Assembly (NCBI GenBank): GCA_964016885.1
Contig: OZ024743.1
Coordinates: forward strand, 99,510,001-99,574,000
Reading direction: 5' to 3'
Length of the DNA stretch: 64,000 bases
Origin: Eledone cirrhosa
Lineage: Eukaryota
The notes under the pieces were generated by a model. The model did no database searches. It saw only the letters and a program-made list of their open reading frames with translations, and was not told the DNA's origin. A program made the position numbers and the translations under genes. Each line of letters starts with the position of its first letter. The stretch's first letter is position 1. Below, piece after piece: positions 36,597-52,487 of this stretch.

Positions 36597-37863
36597 TTGA
36601 TCTTGATATATTATTATTATTCTAAATATAAAACTTGGCAGACACAAACGAAGAAATCAAGGTATTATTTTATTGAAAAGTAAATAGAAAAACAACCAAA
36701 ATATAAACCTTCAAAAGTCTTTTACAATTTCAGCATCAATATCTTAAATAGTAACACACTACTGCTTTATTTCATCACTTTAAACCAAACGTTGTGCATT
36801 ATATATTTTTATAAACTATTTTGATATCAAATTGTCTGAAACCACCCCTCTATGATACAAATCTTTTTATTTTAAAGAATTTATATTTATAAAGCTTCAA
36901 GCACCAGTTATTTCTATGAAACAAAACCAGCCATTTTTAAAGGGTTTCAATTTAAATTAAAACATTCCAATCTAATGTTATAAAAGAATGATTTGTTAAA
37001 TTATGTTACAAATACCACCTTAATAATAAAATAATTAATAATTTTAGTAAATTTCACCATATTCTTTAATTAATTTAAAATAGAGCGTACTTCAATATTT
37101 CAAATAGTTGAAATAGGGCTAAAATAAAAGTAAAGTAAAATAATTTAAATTATTTAATCTTGTCTAAAATCTAAATAAAATTAAAACAATATGTAACAGA
37201 GCTTTAATTAAAATAATTATGATAGAGTTGAAATAAGAACCAGAGTCAAAATGTTGATAGGATTATCAATTTCCTTTAATGTAATATTTACAATCTTTTA
37301 AAATTTAGGAGCCATATTCAATATGGCTTTCTCAAATTTCTCAGGACACTTTCTTTTAGAAGACAAAATATTTACAGATTGTAAACAAATAAAATCAATT
37401 AGGATTCTTTTCTAATGGATAGAGAACATTTAAATATTTAACAATTGCAAAGGGAATTACAGTTCTGAGATGACATATTAGACTACTGGTTCACTAGTAT
37501 ATATGTTTTAATTGTTTTGACACCAAACTGCCTGAAACCACACATGATTCAATGATACATAATTCTATGTAAGAACCTTTGTTAAGATATGTTCTAGGAT
37601 AATAATGAGAAAGTTAGTTATATTACTAAATTTTTCATAATGTTTTGATTATATTCAAAATTGTTAAAAATTTATGAGCTGTCTTTCATTAGAAATATTT
37701 AACAAAATGGTTAAATTATCATTGTCATTAAAGAAGCTTTTAAACAAGAAACATTAATCTATTTTAAATAAATCTTAATTCAGCAAGTTTCTCTTATTCG
37801 TATTTGTTGCAATCATTAATAATCTTTATATATGAACAGACATAAACAAACACTACATTTATA

Positions 37864-40800
37864 ATTGCTACAATGCTACATGGTTACACTGCATCCTTAA
37901 CAACCAAACACTATAAAATGGCTTGTTCATTGCTACAATGCTACATGGTTACACTGCATCCTTGGCAACCAAACACGATACAATGCCTTGTTCATTGTTA
38001 CAATGCTACATGGTTGGTTACACTGCATCCTTGGCAACCAAACACTATACAGTGGCTTGTTCATTGCTACAATGCTACATGGTTACACTGCATCCTTGAC
38101 AACCAAACACTATACAATGGCTTCTTTATTGCTACAATGCTACATGGATGGTTACACTGCATCCTTGGCAACCAAACACTATACAGTGGCTTGTTCATTG
38201 CTACAATGCTACATGGTTACACTGCATCCTTGGCAACCAAACACTATACAATAGCTTGTTCATTGTTACAATGCTACATGGTTACACTGCATCCTTGGCA
38301 ACCAAACACTATACAATGGCTTGTTCATTGCTACAATGCTACATGGTTACACTCATCCTTGACAACCAAACACTATACAATGGCTTGTTTATTGCTACAA
38401 TGCTACATGGTTACACTGCATCCTTGGCAACCAAACACTATACAATGGCTTGTTCATTGCTACAATGCTACATGGTTACACTGCATCGTTGGCAACCAAA
38501 CACTATACAATAGCTTGTTCATTGCTACAATGCTACATGGTTACACTGCATCCTTGGCAACCAAACACTATACAATGGCTTGTTCATTGCTACAATGCTA
38601 CATGGTTACACTGCATCCTTCGCAACCAAACACTATACAATGGCTTGTTCATTGCTACAATGATACATAGTTACACTGCATCCTTGACAACCAAACACTA
38701 TACAATGGCCTGTTTATTGCTACAATGCTACATGGTTACACTGCATCCTTGGCAACCAAACACTATACAATGGCTTGTTTATTGCTACAATGCTACATGG
38801 TTACACTGCATCCTTGGCAACCAAACACTATACAATGGCTTGTTTATTGCTACAATGCTACATGGTTACACTGCATCCTTGGCAATCAAACACTATACAA
38901 TGGCTTGTTCATTGCTAAAATGCATCCTTGGCAACCAAACACTATACAATGGCTTGTTCATTGCTACAATGCTACATGGTTACACTGCATCCTTCGCAAC
39001 CAAACACTATACAATGGCTTGTTCATTGCTACAATGATACATGGTTACATTGCATCCTTGACAACCAAACACTATACAATGGCTTGTTCATTGCTACAAT
39101 GCTACATGGTTACACTGCATCCTTGGCAACCAAACACTATACAGTGGCTTGTTCATTGCTACAATGCTACATGGTTACACTGCATCCTTGGCAACCAAAC
39201 ACTATAAAATGGCTTGTTCATTGCTACAATGCTACATGGTTACACTGCATCCTTGGCAACCAAACACTATACAATGCCTTGTTCATTGTTACAATGCTAC
39301 ATGGATGGTTACACTGCATCCTTGGCAACCAAACACTATACAATGGCTTGTTCATTGCTACAATGCTACATGGTTACACTGCATCCTTGGCAACCAAACA
39401 CTATACAATGGCTTGTTCATTGCTACAATGCTACATGGTTACACTGCATCCTTGGCAACCAAACACTATACAGTGGGTTGTTCATTGCTACAATGATACA
39501 TGGTTACACTGCATCCTTGGCAACCAAACACTATACAATAGCTTGTTCATTGCTACAATGCTACATGGTTACACTGCATCCTTGGCAACCAAACACTATA
39601 CAATGGCTTGTTCATTGCTACAATGCTACATGGTTACACTGCATCCTTGGCAACCAAACACTATACAATGGCTTGTTCATTGCTACAATGCTACATGGTT
39701 ACACTCATCCTTGACAACCAAACACTATACAATGGCTTGTTTATTGCTACAATGCTACATGGTTACACTGCATCCTTGGCAACCAAACACTATACAATGG
39801 CTTGTTCATTGCTACAATGCTACATGGTTACACTGCATCCTTCGCAACCAAACACTATACAATAGCTTGTTCATTGCTACAATGCTACATGGTTACACTG
39901 CATCCTTGGCAACCAAACACTATACAATGGCTTGTTCATTGCTACAATGCTACATGGTTACACTGCATCCTTCGCAACCAAACACTATACAATGGCTTGT
40001 TCATTGCTACAATGATACATGGTTACACTGCATCCTTGACAACCAAACACTATACAATGGCCTGTTTATTGCTACAATGCTACATGGTTACACTGCATCC
40101 TTGGCAACCAAACACTATACAATGGCTTGTTTATTGCTACAATGCTACATGGTTACACTGCATCCTTGGCAACCAAACACTATACAATGGCTTGTTTATT
40201 GCTACAATGCTACATGGTTACACTGCATCCTTGGCAATCAAACACTATACAATGGCTTGTTCATTGCTAAAATGCATCCTTGGCAACCAAACACTATACA
40301 GTGGCTTGTTCATTGCTACAATGCTACATGGTTACACTGCATCCTTCGCAACCAAACACTATACAATGGCTTGTTCATTGCTACAATGATACATGGTTAC
40401 ACTGCATCCTTGACAACCAAACACTATACAATGGCTTGTTCATTGCTACAATGCTACATGGTTACACTGCATCCTTGGCAACCAAACACTATACAATGGC
40501 TTGTTCATTGCTACAATGCTACATGGTTACACTGCATCCTTCGCAACCAAACACTATACAATGGCTTGTTCATTGCTACAATGCTACATGGTTACACTGC
40601 ATCCTTGGCAACCAAACACTATACAATGGCTTGTTCATTGCTACAATGCTACATGGTTACACTGCATCCTTGGCAACCAAACACTATACAATGGCTTGTT
40701 CATTGCTACAATGCTACATGGTTACACTGCATCCTTGGCAACCAAACACTATACAATGGCTTGTTCATTGCTACAATGCTACATGGTTACACTGCATCCT

Positions 40801-43800
40801 TGGCAATCAAACACTATACAATGGCTTGTTCATTGCTACAATGCTACATGGTTACACTGCATCCTTGGCAACCAAACACTATACAATGGCTTGTTCATTG
40901 CTACAATGCTACATGGTTACACTGCATCCTTGGCAACCAAACACTATACAATGGCTTGTTCATTGCTACAATGCTACATGGTTACACTGCATCCTTGGCA
41001 ACCAAACACTATACAATGGCTTGTTTATTGCTACAATGCTACATGGTTACACTGCATCCTTGGCAACCAAACGCTATACAATGGCTTGTTTATTGCTACA
41101 ATGCTACATGGTTACACTGCATCCTTGGCAACCAAACACTATACAATGGCTTGTTTATTGCTACAATGCTACATGGTTACACTGCCTCCTTGGCAACCAA
41201 ACACTATACAATGGCTTGTTCATTGCTACAATGCTACATGGTTACACTGCATCCTTGGCAACCAAACACTATACAATAGCTTATTCATTGCTACAATGCT
41301 ACATGGTTACACTGCATCCTTGGCAACCAAACACTATACAATGGCTTGTTTATTGCTACAATGCTACATGGTTACACTGCATCCTTGGCAACCAAACACT
41401 ATACAATGGCTTGTTCATTGCTACAATGCTACATGGTTACACTGCATCCTTGGCAACCAAACACTATACAATGGCTTGTTCATTGCTACAATGCTACATG
41501 GTTACACTGCATCCTTGGCAACCAAACACTATACAATGGCTTGTTCATTACTACAATGCTACATGGTTACACTGCATCCTTGGCAACCAAACACTATACA
41601 ATGGCTTGTTCATTGCTACATGGTTACACTGCATCCTTGGCAACCAAACACTATACAATGGCTTGTTCATTGCTACAATGCTACATGGTTACACTGCATC
41701 CTTCGCAACCAAACACTATACAATGGCTTGTTCATTGCTACAATGATACATGGTTACACTGCATCCTTGACAACCAAACACTATACAATGGCCTGTTTAT
41801 TGCTACAATGCTACATGGTTACACTGCATCCTTGGCAACCAAACACTATACAATGGCTTGTTTATTGCTACAATGCTACATGGTTACACTGCATCCTTGG
41901 CAACCAAACACTATACAATGGCTTGTTTATTGCTACAATGCTACATGGTTACACTGCATCCTTGGCAATCAAACACTATACAATGGCTTGTTCATTGCTA
42001 AAATGCATCCTTGGCAACCAAACACTATACAGTGGCTTGTTCATTGCTACAATGCTACATGGTTACACTGCATCCTTCGCAACCAAACACTATACAATGG
42101 CTTGTTCATTGCTACAATGATACATGGTTACACTGCATCCTTGACAACCAAACAATATACAATGGCTTGTTCATTGCTACAATGCTACATGGTTACACTG
42201 CATCCTTGGCAACCAAACACTATACAATGGCTTGTTCATTGCTACAATGCTACATGGTTACACTGCATCCTTGGCAACCAAACACTATACAATGGCTTGT
42301 TCATTGCTACAATGCTACATGGTTACACTGCATCCTTGGCAACCAAACACTATACAATGGCTTGTTCATTGCTACAATGCTACATGGTTACACTGCATCC
42401 TTGGCAACCAAACACTATACAATGGCTTGTTCATTGCTACAATGCTACATGGTTACACTGCATCCTTGGCAACCAAACACTATACAATGGCTTGTTCATT
42501 GCTACAATGCTACATGGTTACACTGCATCCTTGGCAATCAAACACTATACAATGGCTTGTTCATTGCTACAATGCTACATGGTTACACTGCATCCTTGGC
42601 AACCAAACACTATACAATGGCTTGTTCATTGCTACAATGCTACATGGTTACACTGCATCCTTGGCAACCAAACACTATACAATGGCTTGTTCATTGTTAC
42701 AATGCTACATGGTTACACTGCATCCTTGGCAACCAAACACTATACAATGGCTTGTTTATTGCTACAATGCTACATGGTTACACTGCATCCTTGGCAACCA
42801 AACGCTATACAATGGCTTGTTTATTGCTACAATGCTACATGGTTACACTGCATCCTTGGCAACCAAACACTATACAATGGCTTGTTTATTGCTACAATGC
42901 TACATGGTTACACTGCCTCCTTGGCAACCAAACACTATACAATGGCTTGTTCATTGCTACAATGCTACATGGTTACACTGCATCCTTGGCAACCAAACAC
43001 TATACAATAGCTTGTTCATTGCTACAATGCTACATGGTTACACTGCATCCTTGGCAACCAAACACTATACAATGGCTTGTTTATTGCTACAATGCTACAT
43101 GGTTACACTGCATCCTTGGCAACCAAACACTATACAATGGCTTGTTCATTGCTACAATGCTACATGGTTACACTGCATCCTTGGCAACCAAACACTATAC
43201 AATGGCTTGTTCATTGCTACAATGCTACATGGTTACACTGCATCCTTGGCAACCAAACACTATACAATGGCTTGTTCATTACTACAATGCTACATGGTTA
43301 CACTGCATCCTTGGCAACCAAACACTATACAATGGCTTGTTCATTGCTACAATGCTACATGGTTACACTGCATCCTTGGCAACCAAACACTATACAATGG
43401 CTTGTTTATTGCTACAATGCTACATGGTTACACTGCATCCTTGGCAACCAAACACTATACAATGGCTTGTTCATTGCTACAATGCTACATGGTTACACTG
43501 CATCCTTGACAACAATACACTATACAATGGCTTGTTTATTGCTACAATGCTACATGGTTACACTGCATCCTTTGCAACCAAACACTATACAATGGCTTGT
43601 TCATTGCTACAATGCTACATGGTTACACTGCATCCTTGACAACCAAACACTATACAATGGCTTGTTTATTGCTACAATGCTACATGGTTACACTGCATCC
43701 TTGACAACCAAACACTATACAATGGCTTGTTTATTGCTACAATGCTACATGGTTACACTGCCTCCTTGGCAACCAAACACTATACAATGGCTTGTTTATT

Positions 43801-46800
43801 GCTACAATGCTACATGGTTACACTGCATCCTTGGCAACCAAACACTATACAATGGCTTGTTCATTGCTACAATGCTACATGGTTACACTGCATCCTTGAC
43901 AACCAAACACTATACAATGTCTTGTTCATTGCTACAATGCTACATGGTTACACTGCATCCTTGACAACCAAACACTATACAATGGCTTGTTTATTGCTAC
44001 CATGCTACATGGTTACACTGCATCCTTGGCAACAATACACTATACAATGGCTTGTTTATTGCTACAATGCTACATGGTTACACTGCATCCTTTGCAACCA
44101 AACACTATACAATGGCTTGTTCATTGATACAATGCTACATGGTTACACTGCATCCTTGACAACCAAACACTATACAATGTCTTGTTCATTGCTACAATGC
44201 TACATGGTTACACGGCATCCTTGGCAACCAAACACTATACAATGGCTTGTTTATTGCTACAATGCTACATGGTTACACTGCCTCCTTGGCAACCATACAC
44301 TATACAATGGCTTGTTCATTGCTACAATGCTACATGGTTACACTGCCTCCTTGGCAACCATACACTATACAATGGCTTGTTTATTGCTACAATGCTACAT
44401 GGTTACACTGCATCCTTGGCAACCAAACACTATACAATGGCTTGTTTATTGCTACAATGCTACATGGTTACACTGCATCCTTGGCAACCAAACACTATAC
44501 AATAGCTTGTTCATTGCTACAATGCTACATGGTTACACTGCATCCTTGGCAACCAAACACTATACAATGGCTTGTTCATTGCTACAATGCTACATGGTTA
44601 CACTGCATCCTTCGGAACCAAACACTATACAATGGCTTGTTTATTGCTACAATGCTACATGGTTACACTGCCTCCTTGGCAACCAAACACTATACAATGG
44701 CTTGTTTATTGCTACAATGCTACATGGTTACACTGCATCCTTGGCAACCAAACACTATACAATGGCTTGTTCATTGCTACAATGCTACATGGTTACACTG
44801 CATCCTTGACAACCAAACACTATACAATGTCTTGTTCATTGCTACAATGCTACATGGTTACACTGCATCCTTGGCAACCAAACACTATACAATGGCTTGT
44901 TTATTGCTACAATGCTACATGGTTACACTGCATCCTTGGCAACAATACACTATACAATGGCTTGTTTATTGCTACAATGCTACATGGTTACACTGCATCC
45001 TTTGCAACCAAACACTATACAATGGCTTGTTCATTGATACAATGCTACATGGTTACACTGCATCCTTGACAACCAAACACTATACAATGTCTTGTTCATT
45101 GCTACAATGCTACATGGTTACACGGCACCCTTGGCAACCAAACACTATACAATGGCTTGTTTATTGCTACAATGCTACATGGTTACACTGCCTCCTTGGC
45201 AACCATACACTATACAATGGCTTGTTCATTGCTACAATGCTACATGGTTACACTGCCTCCTTGGCAACCATACACTATACAATGGCTTGTTTATTGCTAC
45301 AATGCTACATGGTTACACTGCATCCTTGGCAACCAAACACTATACAATGGCTTGTTTATTGCTACAATGCTACATGGTTACACTGCATCCTTGGCAACCA
45401 AACACTATACAATAGCTTGTTCATTGCTACAATGCTACATGGTTACACTGCATCCTTGGCAACCAAACACTATACAATGGCTTGTTCATTGCTACAATGC
45501 TACATGGTTACACTGCATCCTTCGCAACCAAACACTATACAATGGCTTGTTCATTGCTACAATGATACATGGTTACACTGCATCCTTGACAACCAAACAC
45601 TATACAATGGCCTGTTTATTGCTACAATGCTACATGGTTACACTGCATCCTTGGCAACCAAACACTATACAATGGCTTGTTTATTGCTACAATGCTACAT
45701 GGTTACACTGCATCCTTGGCAACCAAACACTATACAATGGCTTGTTTATTGCTACAATGCTACATGGTTACACTGCATCCTTGGCAATCAAACACTATAC
45801 AATGGCTTGTTCATTGCTAAAATGCATCCTTGGCAACCAAACACTATACAGTGGCTTGTTCATTGCTACAATGCTACATGGTTACACTGCATCCTTCGCA
45901 ACCAAACACTATACAATGGCTTGTTCATTGCTACAATGATACATGGTTACACTGCATCCTTGACAACCAAACACTATACAATGGCTTGTTCATTGCTACA
46001 ATGCTACATGGTTACACTGCATCCTTGGCAACCAAACACTATACAATGGCTTGTTCATTGCTACAATGCTACATGGTTACACTGCATCCTTGGCAACCAA
46101 ACACTATACAATGGCTTGTTCATTGCTACAATGCTACATGGTTACACTGCATCCTTGGCAACCAAACACTATACAATGGCTTGTTCATTGCTACAATGCT
46201 ACATGGTTACACTGCATCCTTGGCAACCAAACACTATACAATGGCTTGTTCATTGCTACAATGCTACATGGTTACACTGCATCCTTGGCAACCAAACACT
46301 ATACAATGGCTTGTTCATTGCTACAATGCTACATGGTTACACTGCATCCTTGGCAATCAAACACTATACAATGGCTTGTTCATTGCTACAATGCTACATG
46401 GTTACACTGCATCCTTGGCAACCAAACACTATACAATGGCTTGTTCATTGCTACAATGCTACATGGTTACACTGCATCCTTGGCAACAAAACACTATACA
46501 ATGGCTTGTTTATTGCTACAATGCTACATGGTTACACTGCATCCTTGGCAACCAAACGCTATACAATGGCTTGTTTATTGCTACAATGCTACATGGTTAC
46601 ACTGCCTCCTTGGCAACCAAACACTATACAATGGCTTGTTCATTGCTACAATGCTACATGGTTACACTGCATCCTTGGCAACCAAACACTATACAATGGC
46701 TTGTTCATTGCTACAATGCTACATGGTTACACTGCATCCTTGGCAACCAAACACTATACAATGGCTTGTTTGTTGCTACAATGATACATGGTTACACTGC

Positions 46801-48262
46801 ATCCTTGGCAACCAAACACTATACAATGGCTTGTTCATTGCTACAATGCTACATGGTTACACTGCATCCTTGGCAACCAAACACTATACAATGGCTTGTT
46901 CATTGCTACAATGCTACATGGTTACACTGCATCCTTGGCAACCAAACACTATACAATGGCTTGTTCATTACTACAATGCTACATGGTTACACTGCATCCT
47001 TGGCAACCAAACACTATACAATGGCTCGTTCATTGCTACAATGCTACATGGTTACACTGCATCCTTGGCAACCAAACACTATACAATGGCTTGTTTATTG
47101 CTACAATGCTACATGGTTACACTGCATCCTTGGCAACCAAACACTATACAATGGCTTGTTCATTGCTACAATGCTACATGGTTACACTGCATCCTTGGCA
47201 ACAATACACTATACAATGGCTTGTTTATTGCTACAATGCTACATGGTTACACTGCATCCTTTGCAACCAAACACTATACAATGGCTTGTTTATTGCTACA
47301 ATGCTACATGGTTACACTGCATCCTTGACAACCAAACACTATACAAAGGCTTGTTTATTGCTACAATGCTACATGGTTACACTGCATCCTTGGCAACCAA
47401 ACACTATACAATGGCTTGTTTATTGCTACAATGCTACATGGTTACACTGCCTCCTTGGCAACCAAACACTATACAATGGCTTGTTTATTGCTACAATGCT
47501 ACATGGTTACACTGCCTCCTTGGCAACCAAACACTATACAATGGCTTGTTTATTGCTACAATGCTACATGGTTACACTGCATCCTTGGCAACCAAACACT
47601 ATACAATGGCTTGTTCATTGCTACAATGCTACATGGTTACACTGCATCCTTGACAACCAAACACTATACAATGTCTTGTTCATTGCTACAATGCTACATG
47701 GTTACACTGCATCCTTGGCAACCAAACACTATACAATGGCTTGTTTATTGCTACAATGCTACATGGTTACACTGCATCCTTGGCAACAATACACTATACA
47801 ATGGCTTGTTTATTGCTACAATGCTACATGGTTACACTGCATCCTTTGCAACCAAACACTATACAATGGCTTGTTCATTGATACAATGCTACATGGTTAC
47901 ACTGCATCCTTGACAACCAAACACTATACAATGTCTTGTTCATTGCTACATGGTTACACGGCATCCTTGGCAACCAAACACTATACAATGGCTTGTTTAT
48001 TGCTACAATGCTACATGGTTACACTGCCTCCTTGGCAACCATACACTATACAATGGCTTGTTCATTGCTACAATGCTACATGGTTACACTGCCTCCTTGG
48101 CAACCATACACTATACAATGGCTTGTTTATTGCTACAATGCTACATGGTTACACTGCATCCTTGGCAACCAAACACTATACAATGGCTTGTTTATTGCTA
48201 CAATGCTACATGGTTACACTGCATCCTTGGCAACCAAACACTATACAATGGCTTGTTCATTG
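37864..48262. repeat. Tandem satellite array, 65-bp unit CATTGCTACAATGCTACATGGTTACACTGCATCCTTGGCAACCAAACACTATACAATGGCTTGTT, ~160 copies
   Basis: Direct 65-bp periodicity, very homogeneous units, occasional indel variants. Confidence 0.98.
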
Positions 48263-48499
48263 TGGTCCCAGAACAGAAATCATAAGTGATGCTTCACCTA
48301 TATGAGTAACTGGGAAATGTTTCATCTGAAGAACCCTTTTTAACTTAAATTGGAGACCATTGGAACCACATAATATATTATAACCAAAATACATAAAAAC
48401 ACATAAATTTAGCTAACTTATGTTTCTTTACTCAATGTAATTTTTAGTTTTGAATCTTATCAGTAATTATTTCAATTCTGGGGTTATAATAATAATAAT

Positions 48500-48777
48500 T
48501 GGGAGATCACAGCTCCAATATTACAAACATGTGGTTAGAATGTCTAACGAAAGGATCATTGGTCAGGTTTTACAGGCAAAACGAACCGACTGCAGACCCG
48601 GGGGTAAACCTCGAGCAAGAGGGTTGGATAACACCTGTGAGCTTGGTTGGTCTTGCTTGGGATCCTGCGAGATCAATTGTTTCTGCCACTTGAGGACTAT
48701 GTCCCCATAAGGAGGAGGGGGAGGAGGAGAAGAAGAAGAAGAAGGAGAAGGAGGAGGAGGAGGAGGAGGAGGGGGAG

Positions 48778-48806
<29 letters not shown>
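48500..48806 (+). mobile_element. RTE-clade LINE 3' end followed by a (GAG/GAA)n tract
   Basis: RSQLQYYKHVVRMSNERIIGQVLQAKRTDCRPGGKPRARGLD resembles the RTE motif RSQLRWFGHVVRM...RPxGRPRxRWxD. Purine triplet run at 48711-48806. Confidence 0.72.
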
Positions 48807-48808
<2 letters not shown>

Positions 48809-50617
48809 CCCTCAGGGTGATATAAAGATCCAGATGTGGCTCCAGGGTTGCAGGTTCCTGACTCTCCTGAGATATACTGTGAGATAACTGTGTGCTCTAC
48901 TTCCTCTCTAATGTTCAGACCTGACTGTAGCTACTCAGGATCAATATTCTATATCACTCCCATTTTTCAGTTCAGCTTTGAATTTGAACAATTATCTAAT
49001 GCATGAATAGAGAAATGGATGTAAAATTGCTTTTAAAAGCATTCATACTTCTAAGTTTTCATTATCATACACTTCAATGTAAATTTTCGAACATTTTTGA
49101 AAATTTCCACAAACTTTCAAAAATATTTTTAAATAATTCATTGGCTATGGCGTTTCTTTAGTTTTTATATATATACTTTTTAAACTTTTATGTAACAAGT
49201 TTCCATTGGAAGAGGAAATAAAAAAAAAGTTGGAAACTTTCTTTAACAAACTTTAAATTTAAGTAATTAACTCATAACATTATCATTATCATCATTATTT
49301 AATGTCTGTTCTCTCTGTTAGCACTGTAATTCTTTATAAAAAATATCTAAAAATGGGTTTGTTAATTTAAATGTTCATAGTGTCTTTACTAGTAGCTATA
49401 TGATTGTGAAAATTTGCTGTATTACAGTGAAGACTTCAATTTTTATTATGAGATAGCCTTACTGTATTTTTAAGTAATGTCTTGCATTTGTGGTTTCATG
49501 TGCATTAGAACATTAAGAGTTAATATGAAGTTTTAAGATATAAATTAAAAACTATTAATACAGTAGATTATAGTGGAAGTCTTATTTCTACAGTGGCTCC
49601 TTAAATCATAGCAAGTATAATAATATAAAAAATGAGAAGATACAAAGGAAATGTGGAAAGGACAATAGATATAATAAAAGATATATAATAGATATATAAA
49701 TATCCATGAAGACATGGTTGTGTGGTTAAGGTGTTCAATTCACAGCCATGGGGTTTCGGATTCAGTTCCTATATATGGTCCATGCCTTGGTAGACGTAAC
49801 TTTTTTAAATTTTGACACCTTTACAGTCTCTGCTGTGACTTTTTGCACCTGTTTGTACCACAAGTGCAAGAAGGAGGACTTATTTCCAAGCCAAGCCTGT
49901 AGGCCTCCTTCTTTGCTCGGATGGTAGCTTTGTCCTCTTGATTGAACGAAGGGGTCCTCCTGCCACCTAGCAACACACAAAGCCACTTTCACTTGCAGTA
50001 TTTAAGAGCTGAAGCAGAAACTGCCAACTAAATTCCTTTGGTCATGTGATGTTCCAGTATAGCCATAACCTAATGACTGAAACCAGTAACAGAGTTATCA
50101 CATAAATATGCATATTTTGACACAATCAGTTGTCATTTATTCACACAGGCATCAGACTCACCATAGGATCTCTTATCTCCATTACTGTCGATAAAAACCA
50201 AGATACCAGACTGTACTAATCAATAATACTACCTTAAACAAAGCTTTAAGGGATTTTGAAGGAAACAAACAAATCTAGCTTTAAAATCAATACTACTCAA
50301 TCAATAGAAAACAAGATTTATTTGTTTATTTTTTAAAATAGCAAACATTCAACATTTTTTCCCTTTCTACAATGAATTCCTACGAGTGTATGTATATGAA
50401 TATGTGTATACGTGTGTATATGTTTGCGTATATGCCTATGTATATATATATATTTTATATATAAGAAATTCCTATGGGTGTTTGTATATGAATATATGTA
50501 TATACGTGTATGTATATTTATATAATTGTATATGTCCATGCATATATTTTATATGTAATAATAATATACATTATTGATTTTCATAAATCGAGATAATTAC
50601 AATAATATATACATATA

Positions 50618-50937
50618 TCATCATCATCATTTTACGTCCGCTTTTCCCTGCTTGCAAGGGTGGGATGGGAACTGATTCTGGCTTGATTTCTACAGATGGA
50701 TGCCCTTCCTAACACCAACCTCATTCACAGTGAGTGCTGGGTGCTTTTTTTCCGTGGCACCTATACGTCCACTTTACAGTGGAATGATAGGGACCCCAGT
50801 CCTACCATCTCATTTCTACAGCTGAGTAAAATGTGAAATAAAGTGTCTTGCTCAAGGAAACAACACATCACCCAGTCTGAAAATTGAACTTACAACCTTT
50901 TGATTGCAAGCCCAATGCTCTAACCACTAAGCCATGT
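50618..50937 (-). mobile_element. SINE family B copy, inverted relative to 52488-52830
   Basis: Collinear reverse complement of the 52.5-kb copy along its whole length, with a (CAT)n tail at 50618-50630. Confidence 0.87.
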
Positions 50938-52487
50938 ATATATATATGTGTGTGTGTGTATGTATGTATATATGTATTGTAAATAATCAGTTTCAAATTA
51001 AAATTCGAAAAGTTTTCATATAAAATTAAAAAAAAAACACCAGATGCCTAATTATTCAAGTATTTTTTATTTTATTTATATTTAATTATCATCATATCTT
51101 GAGGGAAAATTTAATAGATTTGTTGGAGAAATTGGAATTACTGTTGAAGAGTTATCCAAATCTCTATTGTTCATTCCACAGCCAAGTGGAATAGTCATAC
51201 AACTGTCACTCTGATTTTAACTAATCAATAAGAAGAATTCTTGCAATAACCATGAGTCTTGGAACAATATTGAGCAAGATTTTGCTTGCAGTTTTTGTTT
51301 GTTTAAATTCAGCTTTATATTCTTTGATAATTTAACCCTATAACATATTTATTTTATATAACTTTTCTTTAATCAATTCTAATTTTAGGAAGCTTTTTTA
51401 AAAAAAAATACAGTACACCAAATTAGCATAGTGTTCATTTTGTTTTTCAGCATAGCTTTCTTTTTGTTTTCTTGAGTTCTTTATTCATTTATTTATTATC
51501 TTATTGTATTTTTTTTACCAAGTTACAGAAAGTGAGTAATTCTTAATTTACACTATTATACATGTACTGATTCATTCAGCTTTCGCATCAGTTGTTAGAT
51601 GCATAGCAACAGAGTTTTATATATTCTGGTATTAATAAACAGGAATAGCTACCAAAATTTAATACAATAGAGCAATCAATAACAACAAAAGATTTTGTTT
51701 TTTCCATCGATTTCCAGTTCCTTATACTGAGGAGATGGGATCAGTTCTATTGATATGAAAAATAAAAACACTGCTTTATGGAACTAATTCTTTAGATGAA
51801 AATTTGATCAAAGTTTTACAGCAACTTGATATATATATTGTGTATTTAGAAAATTTAATTTATTGTACAATTATTGTTGTATTCAAAGAATTTCTCTAAC
51901 TCGAGAATTGCTGAATTTTTTCTTCTGACTTAATAGTTTTGAATGCAGTATACTTTCTATTAACAGTTTTTTTACCAGATAATGTCTATATCTAAATATA
52001 AACAGCTATTTACAATAGGTATACATACACGGACACTTTTATATATACATACATATACATATGGGAAAACGATCAAAGATTTTTTAGGTCCTATCTGATG
52101 ACTTCATCTCAGTATCATTGTTATATATAGACTTGTGGCATCACGCAGTAATACCAGTAATACAGAAGACCAGACTTCCACGGGTACAAACTGAAGCTGA
52201 AGCATATAGACAGTATGCCTCCACCAACCTCACACTGTAAAATCACCCATTCCACACTATAAAGTGGTCGTGTAGGCGCCATGATAAAAAACACCCGGTA
52301 CTCACTGTAAATGAGGTGGCTGCTATGAAGGGCATCCAGCCATAGAAATCAAGCTAAAATCAGTTCTGTATGACATTGTCACCTGACCTGGCATTGCCTA
52401 CAATAGAACAACTCATCTAACTCATGCTAGCATGGAAGAATGGACATAAAACGCTGATGATATATATATATACTTATATATACTGAT

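Noticed and set aside
37873-48305. Large protein-coding gene(s) from the 100-845 aa ORFs
   Set aside because: All are translations of one 65-bp satellite in overlapping frames, with freely propagated stops and frameshifts and no unique domain.
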